NCBI RefSeq assembly: GCF_009914755.1
Contig: NC_060925.1
Strand: one strand, 5' to 3'
DNA length: 64,000 nucleotides
DNA from: the human T2T-CHM13v2.0 reference genome, Homo sapiens
Shown here: piece after piece, positions 63,193 to 64,000 of the stretch
How the letters are laid out: every line of letters starts with the position of its first letter
How positions within the stretch are numbered: the first letter of the stretch is position 1
The notes under the pieces: generated by a model
Databases searched by the model: none
Seen by the model: the letters and a program-made list of their open reading frames with translations, nothing else
Told to the model about the DNA's origin: nothing
Made by a program: the position numbers and the translations under genes

Positions 63193-63654
63193 GAATAATC
63201 ATAAAATAAAAATTACCAAAAAAAGGACTTTTCACTTGAACATGTCTTATTTTCCCACAGGGAAAACTGAGAACTCAAAGAGAGCAATGATAGCATTTTA
63301 GACATCTTCATACCCACCCCATAGTTGTACGTACCATGGTGCCTTATACCTACCAGGTATCCAGTAAACAGCAATGGCTGGTTGACTGGTTGGTTGGTGT
63401 GTATCAGAAGGTGAGGAGACGGGTCAAAAGTCCTCCACTTAAAAAAAAAACACCTTTTTATTTTGGAATATTAGAGTTACAGGACAGCTGCAAAGATAAT
63501 GCAAAGGTTTCCTATACAGCCTCACCTCCACCTTTGAAAATTGGTGATGGTAGAAGAAAAATAACCCTGAACCAGTGTGCCCTTGGGCAGGTCACACCAC
63601 CTTAGCAGGCTCCAGTTTTATCACTGAAAGCAAGATAACAGGGTTCGCCTCACT

Positions 63655-63691
63655 GTCTTAGTCAGCTTGAACTGCTATAACAAAATACCAT
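63655..63691. mobile_element. End of a MaLR LTR (MLT1/MST-like) interrupted by an Alu
   Basis: tgtcttagtcagcttgaactgctataacaaaataccata. Confidence 0.6.
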
Positions 63692-63998
63692 AGCTGGGCA
63701 CGGTGGCTCACGCCTGTAATCCCAGCACTTCGGGAGGCCAAGGCGGGTGGATCACGAGGTCAGGAGATCGAGACCATCCTGGCTAACACGGTGAAACCCC
63801 GTCACTACTAAAAAAAATACACAAAAAAAATTAGCCGGGCGTGGTGGCGGGCACCTGTAGTCCCAGCTATTCAGGAGGCTGAGGCAGAAGAATGGTGTGA
63901 ACCCAGTAGGCGGAGCTTGCAGTGAGCTGAGATAGCACCACTGCACTCCAGCCTGGGCGATAGAGCGAGATTCTGTCTAAAAAAAAAAAAGAAAAAAA
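63692..63998 (+). mobile_element. AluY-like
   Basis: gagatcgagaccatcctggctaacacggtg diagnostics. Confidence 0.95.
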
Positions 63999-64000
63999 TT

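Overview
Human (primate) genomic DNA that I recognise from protein sequence as the MFSD4A-ELK4 locus (1q32.1). The + strand carries the last seven coding exons of the MFS transporter MFSD4A (498-17019) and its 3'UTR. The - strand carries the complete ETS ternary-complex factor ELK4/SAP-1, convergent with MFSD4A: CpG-island promoter and non-coding exon 1 near 48.3-48.7 kb, and four coding exons giving 431 aa. ELK4 also has an intron-readthrough 405-aa SAP-1b isoform and an ~8.6-kb 3'UTR ending near 24.58 kb. The region 49-64 kb is repeat-rich intergenic DNA on the side where SLC45A3 lies (outside the window). Repeats include about 45 Alus, L1, L2, MIR, MER5/MER20/MER63 and MLT2, plus a U6 retrocopy and a GABARAP processed pseudogene nested in an L1. 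The main leads are inferences from motifs: (1) a latent splice donor 68 nt after the ELK4 stop that could make a circRNA holding the whole ORF, or splice to a strong antisense acceptor inside MFSD4A; (2) an Arg-rich uORF and G-quadruplex in ELK4 exon 1; (3) an orphan poly(A) retro-insertion; (4) a gene-like + strand module at 53.6-54.1 kb. Most ORF-track entries are Alu- or GC-derived artefacts. Repeat boundaries and subfamilies were read by eye and are approximate.
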